Position numbers and translations under genes: made by a program
Assembly: GCF_963506605.1 (NCBI RefSeq)
Contig: NC_083282.1
Coordinates: 93,434,001-93,498,000 of the forward strand
Reading direction: 5' to 3'
Length of the DNA stretch: 64,000 nt
Source: Zootoca vivipara
Taxonomy: Eukaryota
The notes under the pieces: generated by a model
What the model saw: the letters and a program-made list of their open reading frames with translations, nothing else
What the model was told of the DNA's origin: nothing
Databases searched by the model: none
Shown: positions 24,595 to 36,299 of the stretch, piece after piece
How positions within the stretch are numbered: the first letter of the stretch is position 1
How the letters are laid out: each line of letters starts with the position of its first letter

Positions 24595-24776
24595 CAGGGG
24601 TGTCCAAACTTTTTTCAAAGAGGGCCAAATTTGATGAAGTGAATATGCGTGAGGGCCGACCAAAGTTGTTGACCTTTTAGGATTGAAGCTGTTGAGCTTT
24701 TTTTAGGATTTAGGGGCCGGATTAAACTGACCGGCAGGCCGGATTAGGCCCCCGGGCCAGACTTTGAACATGCCTA
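24595..24776. mobile_element. hAT (Charlie-type) MITE, 182 bp
   Basis: Perfect 8-bp TSD ctctaacc; TIRs caggggtgtccaaac and ctttgaacatgccta. Confidence 0.8.
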
Positions 24777-24799
24777 CTCTAACCCATCCCCACACATAC

Positions 24800-25050
24800 C
24801 TGTAGAGCTTGTACTTGGAAGCAAAGGCCTTGCCACAGTGCACTTGAGGGCAGCCGTAGGGTCTCTGCTCTGGGTTTGCTCTCAGCTTATCCACACTGGG
24901 GAAGGAGGCTCCTGACGGTTCGTGCTGGCATTTCCCTTGGCTCTCGCTTTCTCGGCCCTTGGGGCGGGGGACTAGTTTCCAACCCGTCTCCTCCTCCTCC
25001 TGCTTTGCATCTTGAATCCAGTTGGGGACGCTGGTGAAGAATGCGGTCAT
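24800..25050 (-). CDS. PLAGL2: PLAGL2 first coding part (exon 2, 24800-25165; MTAFFTSVPNWIQDAKQEEE...CGKAFASKYKLYR)
   Basis: N-terminus matches PLAGL2; donor AG|gtatgt at 24799; acceptor ttccag at 25166; spliced CDS is 1455 nt (484 aa). Confidence 0.96.
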
Positions 25051-27858
25051 GGCAGGCCTAACAGAGGAGGGCCAAATGAAGCAGAAGTCCTGCCCATGGG
25101 CATCTCACTGGTATAGTCACATCCACTGACAATTTTCAAAAGTTTCAGCAAGAAGAGGTTGCTACCTGGAATGATGAATTGCATGCTTAAGGTAAGTGAA
25201 TGGACACATGCACAGAGCAGGGGGGACAAGACTCCACATTTTAAATCTACTTTTAGGCACCAACCCTATTTTGAGTACAGGAAAAGATTTAGATTCCTAG
25301 ATGTCAACATCAACCTTTAAAGAGCACTTGTGACTTGTTTTCAGTTTCAATATTTAAATAAGAGATTATTACCACATTCATAAATGCCAATGCTAGTGTA
25401 CATTTATTGCAGCAGCAGTGGAAATCTGTCTGCATTTTTTTTTAAAAGGCTCAGGACAAGGTCCAGCTCCTCTTGAGGTTTCATTACTGACACAGTGTGT
25501 CTTGGATTCAGTGTATGACACTTTTGCAAATGCCTGATAAAGGAGAAGGCATTTACCTTACCCAACACTTACCCACTGAACTAGTACATTGCTTTAATCA
25601 GGTGAGCTGCATGATGTAAGGGCAGGGGTGGGAACCTTTTCCAGTCTCAGGGACGCCTTGCCTTCTGGGCAACCTTCAGGAGGCAAAAGTGGAGAGAGCA
25701 ACTCATGTAACTTTTGACTCTGTACAGTGTGCTAGTAGCTGCACCCCCTCTCACACTTCTTTATATGCTCTACCCAGGCCAGCAAGAGGCATAGCTAGAG
25801 TTCAATTATATATTCCAGCCAGGCAAAGCAGTGGGTGAGGGGGGAAAGCAGGACCAGTAAATTCCCACACTGCTATAAGGCCTGCAACACTCCCACTTGG
25901 GCAATGGAAACTACATAGTTACAATCTAAATTCCAGAAGTGTTGGGGGTGACCTTTCAAAACCTGAGAATAAAGTATCTTGCCTGCTCTACCCCATTCCT
26001 CTGTTGATCTTCTAAATACAGATGTCACTTTTTCAACTGCTATTGGGAAAATGTATTTTGGGATGAGACAAGTGATCTGGGAGCACCAGCCCCATAGCAA
26101 TGGAAGCCAAGGAGGTGGGGGAAAGACCTGATAACTGCTCAGCTGGTAAGAGCAAATGAACACTTTCTACAGCAGCTCTGAGATTTCTGAAGTAACAAAA
26201 AAGTCACAGCACCTTCATGTCCTCATCTTGGCCTACTAGGTACATAATTATTGTTTACATTTTACATCTTGGAAACTGAAGCATGCCCTTGTTTTTGTTT
26301 TGTCATTTACATTGTTAAATTTCAAATGCCTTTTGGGAAAGATTGGGCTACCGTACTCTGCAAAGCACCACAACGGTGATGGTCCTATGTAAACATCACA
26401 TCATTTTCAGAAGATGCCTGTGTCAGAGTTCTTCATTGTACATGCCCTGGCACCTCTCAGTTGCTTTCTCATACTAAAACTATGCCCCTCAACCAGCTTC
26501 AAAAGGAGGGCCACTGAAACGAAACAGCTTAGAGGCCCCAAACCTTCTGACTATAGCCTCATCCCTGCCATTTCACTTGATTCATAAAGCTTACTGTTGA
26601 TCCTTGTTCAAGTGACGTTCCCTACTTGCGTCACCTGCCAGAGGGATGCCAAGATTTATTTTTAATGTGATTGTTATGTTTGCACATCTGCCTGGGAATT
26701 TGGCAAGCCAACAGGGCAGGCTGCCATTCTGCTGGAGCCAAGTGTTTCCATCCAAGTAGGTCAAATCAGGACAAGGCCATGTGACCTTCTCAGGGGAGGT
26801 GGGCACAAAGCCAGAGCTCCAGCACTTTTCTTCGCTCATGCCCTTCCCTCTCCAGGCAGAAAAGGAACTGCCCATCAGCACTCTGGACAGTGAGCATGCA
26901 GAACCAACGGAAAGCCTTCTGCACATAGCCAAGGGCTCAAGGAAGACCTGAGCGGCTAAAATGCTGTTTGTGTGGCTGACGCACATTGCTTCTACTACAT
27001 CAAAGCCGCAGGAAACCCTCTACGAACAAACAGGTGCAGAAAGTGCTTAACCTAGTTTTATGGAAGAAATGAGGATTGAAGGGGGGAGGGGGAGAACAGG
27101 GCAAGCAAAGTTCATAGCACTAAAATCTCATACACTCCTCTACTACAGGAAGCTCCAAGTTTTTCACCTTTATTTTAAAGGGAAACTATGGAGTTCTCTG
27201 TGTATTTTCTCTCTTGGCAACGAAATATGGGAGTCAGCCTCCTTCCAAGCCGATTACTGTCTCAATCAGGCCCAAAATGGTCTGCTCTGATTGGCAGCAG
27301 CAGCTTAGGAGCAGAAAAGGTATTTCCCAACACCTCCCACCGGATCCTTTTCACGCCAGAGGTTGATCCTGGAGCCTCCTGCATGCCAAGTACCCGCAGC
27401 CACATCACTGAACCTTCCCTCCAAAAGGCACAGACTCGAGGCTGGTGTCTTCCTAGCTACGACCCACCCCCCCCCACTCTGCCCTTCTTCAGCACCAAAG
27501 CTCCTTCCTCCAGTCCGGTTCCCGCTTCCACCTGCAACGAAGTAGAGCTGCACCTGCTCTTCCTGCCCGCCCGTTTCCCACCTCAAGTCTAGAGACACTC
27601 GGGGTAGGGAACTGACCTTTGTTGTTGTTGCTGCTGCTCTGTAAACACGCGCGCACGGCGCTACTGGAATATTATGGCCGCCCTCACCTATCTGGGGGAG
27701 GGTGTTCCACACAGCCCTAACATTGGAGGGGGTGCTTATGCTGCCGCCCTGAACTCCATTAAGCCCCCCCCCGCCACCCCCGCGCATGCGTACTTTCGAG
27801 AAACCGTCCTCACCCCCGCCACTAATACACAACCCCTCAAGGCCGCTCGCTCGCTCAC

Positions 27859-28130
27859 CCCCACCCCGCGAGTCGCTCCCCTCCGCTGGCTCGTCCCGGC
27901 CGGAGGAAAAGGCGAGGAAGAAGACGACGAAGGCGGGCCCAGCTCTTGTTGTGGTAACTGAGCGGACGGCGGAGGCCCCATGTCCGGAGGCTGCGGGGAA
28001 GAGGAACCGCTCCGTGAGGGGAAGGCGGCGGCTGCTGAGGGGACTGAGGCGGCGACGGTTCGTTCGCCTTTATTTTCCTCTCGCGGGCTCGCTCGCGCCC
28101 CTCAAGGCCTCCATGGCGCCACATCCGGCT
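27859..28130 (-). other. PLAGL2: PLAGL2 non-coding exon 1 (5' end approximate)
   Basis: Minus-strand donor GGG|gtgagc at 27858 inside the CpG island, divergent from POFUT1; the TSS cannot be fixed from sequence. Confidence 0.6.
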
Positions 28131-28320
28131 CAGACCGGAAGCCGCCTCGGTCCGGCCGCTCTGCACTCACGAGCGCCGCCGCGGGGAGTGCCGGGAAAGG
28201 GGGCCGGTCGCCATGGAGACGGGCGCGGCCTAGCCCGGCCTAGCGAGGCAACTTCCCTCCCACTATACTCTACGAGCCGAAGCCGCTTCTTCCAAGCCGG
28301 AGGAAGAGGCGGAAGGAGGC

Positions 28321-28459
28321 ATGGCTGTTCCCGGGAAGGAGCCGGTCGGCGTCGCGGGCCTGCAGGTGCTGCTCGTCCTGTTCCACCTGGGCAGCGGAGG
28401 CGAAGGCGGCGGAGGCGCCTGGGACCCGTCTGGATACTTACTCTACTGCCCCTGCATGG
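28321..28459 (+). CDS. POFUT1: POFUT1 exon 1 (signal peptide, then WDPSGYLLYCPCMG)
   Basis: ATG in good Kozak context, hydrophobic leader, conserved YCPCMG|RFGNQ motif; gtgagg donor. Confidence 0.93.
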
Positions 28460-29303
28460 GTGAGGCGGCGGCGGGGAGCGCCTCTCTTCCTCCCCTCCCC
28501 AGCTCCACGGCGCCACTCGGGTCATCACTGTCCCCTCTCCCCCCCCCACCTCTTTTCTCTTTCCTCTCGCAGGCCGTGGCTCTGTAGGCCGAGGGCTTTG
28601 AGGAGCCTGAGGGGCCTTCCCGGTGCCGTTGGACTACAACTCCCGTCATCCCTCACCGCGGACCGCGCTGGCTGCTGGGAGTGGAAGTCCAGCCGTACCT
28701 GTTTTTTTCAGAACTTATTCAAAATCAAGCAAATATTTCAAGTGGAGATGGAGTAATAACCACACTTGCTGTCACTGTGAATATGCGTTAAGGTTCACTT
28801 GGGGTTTGTTTATTTGTTTGTTTTGCTGAATGCAGGGATGTAAAGGGGCAGCTGATGGATAATCATTTTGACAAATGCGGGAGGATGTTAACTAGAGTTT
28901 AACTGAGAACAAAACACAGAGCTAGGGGCACATCTTGGACATATCTCATGCAGGGAGTGGGAAACCGGTTTTGGAAAACTGTGTTAAATTGAATTAATTT
29001 GGTAATGATTTGTAATAATTCAGAAAATCAATAAAAATAATTGGCAGTGAAGTGCAGCCATACCTGGAGGCCGCAACCTCACATCTTTTTTCTCCTCTGT
29101 TCCTTTTACCTTTGTGTAAAAAGAACAAACAAACAAAAACCACACCAACATTTATGTCGTTTCTTCTGCTGCGCTTTTTTGTAACTTGGGATGCTGCCTT
29201 GCCCTCAAGGAGGGTTGCGGTCCATCTAGCTCAGTGTTGCTTGCGCTGACTGGCAGCAGTTTCCTTGGGTTGCAAACCAAGAGTCCTTCCCAGGCCTCTA
29301 TGG

Positions 29304-29439
29304 CAGGCATCCCCAAACTGTGGCCCTCCAGATGTTTTGACCTACAACTCCCATGATCCCTAGCTAACAGGACCAGTGGTCGGGGAAGATGGGGATTGTA
29401 GTCCAAAACATCTGGAGGGCCGAAGTTTGCGGATGCCTG
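29304..29439. mobile_element. Palindromic hAT MITE (~136 bp)
   Basis: cagg...cctg ends, self-complementary body; same family at 31396-31531, 40304-40439 and 44426-44561. Confidence 0.8.
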
Positions 29440-30587
29440 CTCTGTCGCCTTTTAAATTGTGTGTGTGGAAGGCTGTTATTGTTTTGTTTATTACATTATG
29501 TATTTTTGTGTTTTTAATACTATAAACTGCCCTGTGATCCTTGGATGAAGGGTGGCATCTAAATTTAATTCATATTAATGATAATATTGGGCATCGAACC
29601 TGGGACCTTGTACAAGCAAAACAGGTGCTCTGCAGTCAAGTTATGGCCTTTCCTAAGGCTGTTTCCCCCTGTCTGTCAGATGATGGGTCAGAGGAACATG
29701 TTCAGTCCTGCTGGGTGCTGCTGCACTAGTGTGTTTTCCACAGGGCAAAGCAGACCTGTGCTGCCAGCAGGCTTGAACCTTCTGCTCATCATTTGGTGAG
29801 CAGAGAGTTCCATCCTGCTGGGTGCTGCTTCACCAGCATGTTCCTGGTGGGACTGCTGCCCTGTAGGTTATTGTTACGATTGCTGCATGCTACTATTGCG
29901 TTATAGGTTAGGGAGTGACCTGCGTGTGATTCTTGATCAACCTGCAGTGTGTTGGACTCCTTTGTAACGGTTCCTCTTCTCTGCAGTGGAGTGCACAAAT
30001 TAGAAGATAAATGTTAAAAGTCAAGAAAATAATACAATGGACTTAAAGTGTGTGTGTGAGAGAGAGAGAGATTGAGATTTAAAGACTGCTAAACTATTAT
30101 AAGCTCCCCGGGCAAGCTTTCAATTAAGGTAACAGCAACTGTGATTTTTATTTCAGCTTTGTAAATAGCCACTTGATTATTCGCTATGGGTATAATTTGC
30201 CTCCAGGTTATCAGATGTCTCATTGCCACCTTACTTGATACCGCTTTCTGACAGCTTTCCAAATAAATCCACAGAGGTCAGAAGTCTTGCTATCCAAGTG
30301 TACTTTCTTCTGTTAGTTCTTTGTGCAATAAATTTCTTAAACTTTTGTAAAAGTTTCCTTTCTTGTTATTTGGAAGTACAGTAATTATTGGTTGCCATTG
30401 ATTACTAGGGCTTTTGGGGGGGGAGTTGGTTTGCTGCTCATTCATCCTGCACCCTGGGTAAATTTTCTTATGGGGGGGGTGGGACTTCTGCAAGCTTCTG
30501 TGGGTCGGGAATAGTTCCAGAGTCCTAGTATTGTTGCTCTGCCCCAGCCTGGTGACTAAGAAACAGGTCTTTATGTTCTATTTCAAG

Positions 30588-30709
30588 GGAGATTTGGGAA
30601 CCAAGCAGACCATTTTCTGGGTTCTTTGGCGTTTGCTAAAATGGTGAATCGGACCTTAGCTGTGCCCCCCTGGATTGAGTACCGGTATCACAGGCCTCCC
30701 TACACAAAT
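30588..30709 (+). CDS. POFUT1: POFUT1 exon 2 ([31 protein letters not shown]...)
   Basis: AG acceptor and gtaagt donor; GRFGNQ motif of protein O-fucosyltransferase 1. Confidence 0.95.
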
Positions 30710-31146
30710 GTAAGTAGTTCTGAGAACTTCTGAGGTATATTTGGGTTCTGTGCTTTTGGAATGCCAGGTATTTTCCCAAAGCCATACATAAGCAGGCTCA
30801 GTGAATAGGTCCTTGCAACAGATGAGTTAATTCTGCTAGTGTTGGGTGCTACCTACATTTTGTATATCTTGTACAAGCAAGATCCCCTCTAGTCTTTAAT
30901 TAGCCAACTACAGGTCTTGAAAGCTCTCTTGGCCTCTGCTTCAAGCCGGATTTTCATGCATAGGGAAGGAGTCGATAGTACATCAAACCTGCAAATCTGA
31001 CAGACCAGGGTAGACCAGGTTTTGGAAGTCCTTCAGCCTTTGAAGTCATGCTGCTCGCTTTTCCTTCAGACGGTTGTGGATTCACTATTTCTGGAACAAT
31101 TATGTGTGCGGACAGGCTCCTAAACTCTGTTTTCTTTGCATTGCAG

Positions 31147-31329
31147 CAGCACGTTCCCTACAAAGAATACTTCAAGCTGGCACCTCTCCTGGAGTACCAC
31201 CGGGTCATCACTTTGGAGGAATTTATGGAAAAGTTGGCACCCATCCACTGGCCTCCTGGCAAGCGAGTGGCCTACTGCTTTGAATCAGCAGCTCAGAGGA
31301 GTGCTGACAAAAGGACTTGCCCCATGAAG
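31147..31329 (+). CDS. POFUT1: POFUT1 exon 3 ([11 protein letters not shown]...CPMK)
   Basis: AG acceptor and gtaaga donor; 183 nt, frame continuous. Confidence 0.94.
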
Positions 31330-31395
31330 GTAAGAGTCCTCATCCCTGAGGTGCCTTCTGTAACCCTGGGCTCCTCTGCTGCCATTCTTTTAGAT

Positions 31396-31531
31396 CAGGC
31401 TTCCTCAAACTCACCCCTCCGGATGTTTTGAGACTACAGTTCCCATCATCCCTAACCACTGGTCCTGCTAGCTAGGGATCATGGGAGTTGTAGGCCAAAA
31501 ACATCTGGAGGGCCGAGTTTGAGGAAGCTTG
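31396..31531. mobile_element. Palindromic hAT MITE
   Basis: caggcttcctcaaac and gtttgaggaagcttg ends; same family as 44426-44561. Confidence 0.8.
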
Positions 31532-31772
31532 TTCTAGAAAATGTTCTGTGGATCATTTCAGTGTTTTTGTATTTAACTTCCTTTCATCCTCTCTATACTT
31601 GGAAAGCTTCTGTTAAACTTATGCACAAGTTTCAGTGGGGGCGGGACTATGGAATATGTTGTGTCAGCCAGGAGCTTGCGGCTCCCGTAGCAACTGCAGA
31701 GCTGCCTGTTCCTCTGGCCTGCCTCACCTTTCGTCTGCCGCAGTGAACGAGCAGGTGCCTTTGCTTTTGCAG

Positions 31773-31885
31773 GATGGAAACCCCTTTGGCCCCTTTTGGG
31801 ATCAGTTTGCTGTGGATTTCGATAGGTCGGAGCTGTTTGGAGGCCTCTCCTTCAGTGCCTCTTACAAGGACCACTGGATTCGAAG
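31773..31885 (+). CDS. POFUT1: POFUT1 exon 4 ([12 protein letters not shown]...)
   Basis: AG/GT boundaries; GNPFGPFWD motif. Confidence 0.94.
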
Positions 31886-31967
31886 GTAGCAAGTGTCGCT
31901 TGGGGGGCATGGTTAGGCACTGGGCACATTCCTCCATGGCTGCTCTGGCTTGTAAAGGGTTCTTGGA

Positions 31968-32445
31968 AATAATAATAATAATAATTAATAATAAACTTTT
32001 ATTTGTGTCCCGCCCTCCCCGGCTGAAACCGGGCTCAGGGTGGCTAACATCAAACATAACATTGGTATAAAATCAAACAGCAATTAAATTACCTCCTAAA
32101 AACCAAGTCAGGATCAAATTAAAATCGAATTAGATGGCTTTCTGCAGGATTAGGGTTGGGAACAGTAAATGCTCATCAGGCCCATCTGTTTACGCTGTTC
32201 TTATACGGGCCTGTGAGAATGCTGGGAGGCCTCTTTCATACTAGTTCTTATACAAAAAGAGAAGGGGATTCAAGCTGAGCCCTGACCAAAGGCCTGGCAG
32301 AACAACTCCTTCTTGCAGGCCCTGCGGAAAGATGTCAAATCCCACAGGGCCCTGATCTCTTATGGCAGAGTGTTCCACCAGGCCGTGGCCAAGGCCAGCC
32401 TTATCTCCTTGAGGCCTGGGATCTCCAAGATGTTGTTATTTGCAG
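31968..32445 (-). mobile_element. L2-type LINE 3' fragment
   Basis: (TTA)n tail; minus-strand translation resembles the L2 ORF2 C-terminus (WWNTLP). Confidence 0.6.
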
Positions 32446-33094
32446 ACCGTAAGGAAAGAAGGACAAGTATCCTGCCTTTCCGCACAAATATTTTAGAATT
32501 TCTGTTTTGTTGGAAGCCGCCCAGAGTGGCTGGGGGAACCCGGCCAGATGGGCGGGGTATAAATAATAAATTATTATTATTATTATTATAAATGGCAACC
32601 AAGGTGATTTAACAACAAGAAAACACAAAAACAGACAAAATATAACAACAGACAAAAACTGAGCAGCTAAAAATGCCTTGATAATAACATTACATTTTCC
32701 ATTGAAGGTGGGAGAAGAAGCAGTGGCTTTAAAACTAGGGTTTTCCATCAGTTTTTTTTAAAAACAATTTGTAAGTAATTATCTGCCTAGCTCTTAGATA
32801 ATAGTCAACTCTAAATTAGTATTATCAAAACCTTGCTTTAGGTGCCTGTAATGAATAAAAGCACCAGTCTGTGTTAGCTGCTAGAAACCAGGTTTTGGGT
32901 GGCCAAGATCTGCCATCTTTAATGTTATCTCTTTATTCTTATTCACTACAATACCGGTAGAAATTCACCCTTAAGTCCACACAAGTAATCATAGCTCAGG
33001 GAAAGAGTGCAAGGTCTCAGATTTCAATCCCTGGCAACTCTAGCTAGTTTGTTTATTTTTGATGGTAGTTCTATGCTGCTTCTTAACGGTCTTT

Positions 33095-34558
33095 ACATTC
33101 ATTCTTTATTTAGGTCCAAAGACCCACAAAAGCATTTTCAAAAGCAAAATAAAACAGAAATGCAGGGAAAGGATTCCAAGGCAGTCACTATGTTTTATCC
33201 AGAGCAAGTAGGTTTCTATTTCTTAATACTTCCAAGAGGAACTTAGCCACGGCCAGGGTAGTATCACCTGACATATCTCCAAGGAGGTACTTAAGGCAGC
33301 TTTCAGATTTTCCAGTCAAGTTTACCAATAGGGGTTTAGTTAATTGACCCCTGACTTGTTTGAACTGCTCACAGTGTAGTAGGATATGCTTCATGGAGTC
33401 AACACCCTGAGAGCATAAGCAGAGCCTATTCTGATAGGGTATACCAGACAGTTTGCCGTTTAGTGCTTCAGATGGAAATACGTTTAGTCTGGCTTTGGTG
33501 AATAATCAGTGATAGGTACCGACAGATTCATGAAATACAATGGTAACTGAAAATCACAGTCATAGTGGATTCCAGATGCAAACAGTCCACAGGCTACATA
33601 AGATCTAGAGCGAAGATCGCTTTGTGAAATATCCCATGACCTCTGCTTCAGGGATTTAAGGGCAATATCATAGCCCAGATGATGTAAAAAGGATGGCGAA
33701 AGACCAACCGAGGAGGCTTTTGGGGCCATAGTTTTCAGCCATGAGCTGATAGACTCCTCATTGGTTAGATGTAAAAGTAATCCCTTCCCCAATCTTTAGC
33801 CAGTATTTCAAGGCAGCCCCCCACACTTTGGTGGAGAATGGACGTTCACCTGTTTCCAACAATAGAATTGAGTCAGGGACACAGTTTGGGACCTGAAGTA
33901 GGGACTGTAGGAACTTAGCCTGGAATCTATCCAACTTAGAAAATAGACCATGTACCAGACATTTGAAGCACAAAGGAGTTGGGAAACATATTTCACATTA
34001 AAGACCCTTTATGGCTGATGGAACATAGTGACCTCTATTCGTGAAAAAGAGATGGAGTAAGGCAAGTTTGCTCATTTCCGCCTTATGACAAATAGTCTGC
34101 CAGTGGCAACTCCAGGACTTTTTGTGGTGAAACAACAGCACTAGGTACCGGAAGCATTTAGTCTGCTCCAGATTATGGCCTTCTAGTACCCATTTACAAG
34201 GGGAATATCTTTTAGTGAAGACCACAATTCTTGATTTCTCATAGTTGATAGATAACCTGTTTACAGAACAGTAATCTGAGAACCTCCGTAGTTGGTGTTT
34301 CAAGCCCGGTTTGGAGCAAGAGAGGATGGCCGCATCATCTGCATATAGCAAAATAGGGGTCTTTCTGGTTCCTATTTTGGGGAGATGACCATCTGGGTCC
34401 ATTAGACTTTCCGCTAAATCATTTAGGAGAAAGCTAAACCATGTGGGGGCCAAAATGCAGCCCTTTCTCACTCCCCTTGCCATCTCAATACAATCCAAAA
34501 GTTGGCCCTGCAATTTGCTATCACTGCACAGAGCTTTAATAAGGAAGACAAGTCGCAT
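33095..34558 (-). mobile_element. Degenerate 5'-truncated non-LTR retrotransposon (RTE-X-like): reverse transcriptase and C-terminal Cys/His region
   Basis: ORF 33998-34558 has GVRKGCILAP and LLYADD RT motifs; downstream frames are broken; CLC...HILLHC motif near 33370-33430; clade assignment tentative. Confidence 0.8.
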
Positions 34559-35127
34559 AACAGTCTTTGGGTGGTATATGTTTTATAAGAAGTTCAAGGA
34601 TCTTGGGCAGTAGAACTAGGAAAGACATATCCAGCTCTGTGACTGTCAGACACTGCTGCCAGTTGGCATGCGTGGGACAAAGGTCTGTGACAGTATTAGG
34701 CAGATGCATGCATGCATAACTAAAGTCTGCTTGCTTAGTCTGTTGATTTTTCAGAGATTGCTGTCATAGTTTAAAATACAGGGAGGTGCATTTTGCAACT
34801 CCCCCCCCCCTAAGGAGGCCCGCCTAAGCTCCAGTATGCAGATATTTGGGAGGTGATGCAAAGTGTCTGGGGAATTAGGAAGTTCTTATTAGCTGAAGAG
34901 CATGACAACAGAAATGCAAAATACAGATTAACTTTATTCAGGTTAGCATATTCTTCATAAATCTTGTTAGTAATCCATCCCTTTGTTGTAGATGTGTTTT
35001 AAAAAAAAATTAATTAAAAAAAGCATTTGCAATAAAAGTTCCTAACAGTAAAAACAGAGCAGCACTAGTATGAGTAAACATGGCAAGCTGTAGCTCCTGT
35101 TGATCTTTCCACTGTGTCTTTTACTAG

Positions 35128-35320
35128 GTTTCCCTCCTCTGAACATCCTGTTGTTGCTCTTCCGGGGGCACCAGCCCAGTTTCCAGTTCTGGAAGAGTAC
35201 CGGTCCCTGCATCAGTACATGGTCTGGTCTGATGAGATGGTAAACAAAGGCGAGTCCTATATTAATTCGTTCCTGGTCAGACCCTACGTGGGAATCCATT
35301 TGCGTGTCGGTTCAGACTGG
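35128..35320 (+). CDS. POFUT1: POFUT1 exon 5 ([20 protein letters not shown]...[12 protein letters not shown])
   Basis: AG/GT boundaries; HLRxGxDW motif with the essential Arg. Confidence 0.95.
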
Positions 35321-35864
35321 GTATGGTTCTTACACTTACTTCCATGGGGGCTGTAATGTGGGCAGGGTTGTAATAGCGTCTGACTGGCAGCTTCTAGCTC
35401 CATATGAATAAAAAGGGAGAGGTGTGACTGTTAAGAACATACGCTGGTTCAGAACAAAATACTACCTAGCTCAGCATCCTGTTGCCTACCTAGGGCCACC
35501 CTTTGCCAGCTAGGTGCCTCTGGGAAGTCCATAAGCAGGAGTTGAGATCAGGTACCCTCTCTCTGTTTTCTTCCCCAGCAGCTGGGGATATTCAAAGGCA
35601 TGCTGCCTCTGATCCTGAAGGGGTGTACACATTGTGACTTGCAGTTATTGACAGCTTCGTGCATAGTTGAACTAGACTGTTTGGCTGATGAGAACATAAC
35701 TGAAGCTAACCATCCATTAGCAGTGTTTTTTTGCCTGCTTTGGCGAACTGTTTGGAATTCTCATTCTCCATTGTTATGAAGTCCCCCTACCTTTGTATGA
35801 TGCTCTGTTTCTTACCACTTCTACCTGTGTGTGATGTTCTGTTTTTCTCCTCCCCCCGCCTTAG

Positions 35865-36107
35865 AAAAATGCATGCAATATGTTGAAAGATGGCACTGCT
35901 GGGTCTCATTTAATGGCTTCGCCACAGTGTGTGGGCTATGATCGGAACACTGCTGCACCCCTTACCATGGATATGTGTCTGCCAGGCCTGAAAGAGATAA
36001 AACGAGCACTAAGACTCTGGGTAAAGAAGACAGATGCAAAAGCTGTGTACATCGCCAGTGACTCTGAGCCTTATACGAGGGAAATACAGCAGCTTTTCAA
36101 ACAAAAG
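35865..36107 (+). CDS. POFUT1: POFUT1 exon 6 ([10 protein letters not shown]...QQLFKQK)
   Basis: AG acceptor and gtaatg donor; MASPQCVGY motif. Confidence 0.95.
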
Positions 36108-36299
36108 GTAATGTCCTGCTGCAGCTGGAGCAATGAGTAGTTATTGGTGCAAACTTCACTGCTTTTCTCTCTCTGGGTGTATGCACTGGAAATATTCATG
36201 TCTTGTCTTTCTTCTCAGAGGAATCAGCGGGGCTTACAGCAGGGATAGGCAGAAGAAAGTTTGGGCTCTACTGGGTCTTTGAGTGATTTGACACATCTT

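Larger units (their letters stand above)
27640..28690. promoter_or_regulatory. CpG island and bidirectional promoter of PLAGL2 (-) and POFUT1 (+)
   Basis: Very high GC and CpG density; head-to-head genes; ETS-type CCGGAAG and CCGGATGT motifs; X-box-like GTCGCCATGGAGAC at 28207-28220. Confidence 0.85.

Noticed and set aside
27674-28549. Long ORFs across the PLAGL2/POFUT1 promoter, e.g. 27786-28463
   Set aside because: CpG-island artefacts; only the frame starting at 28321 matches POFUT1.
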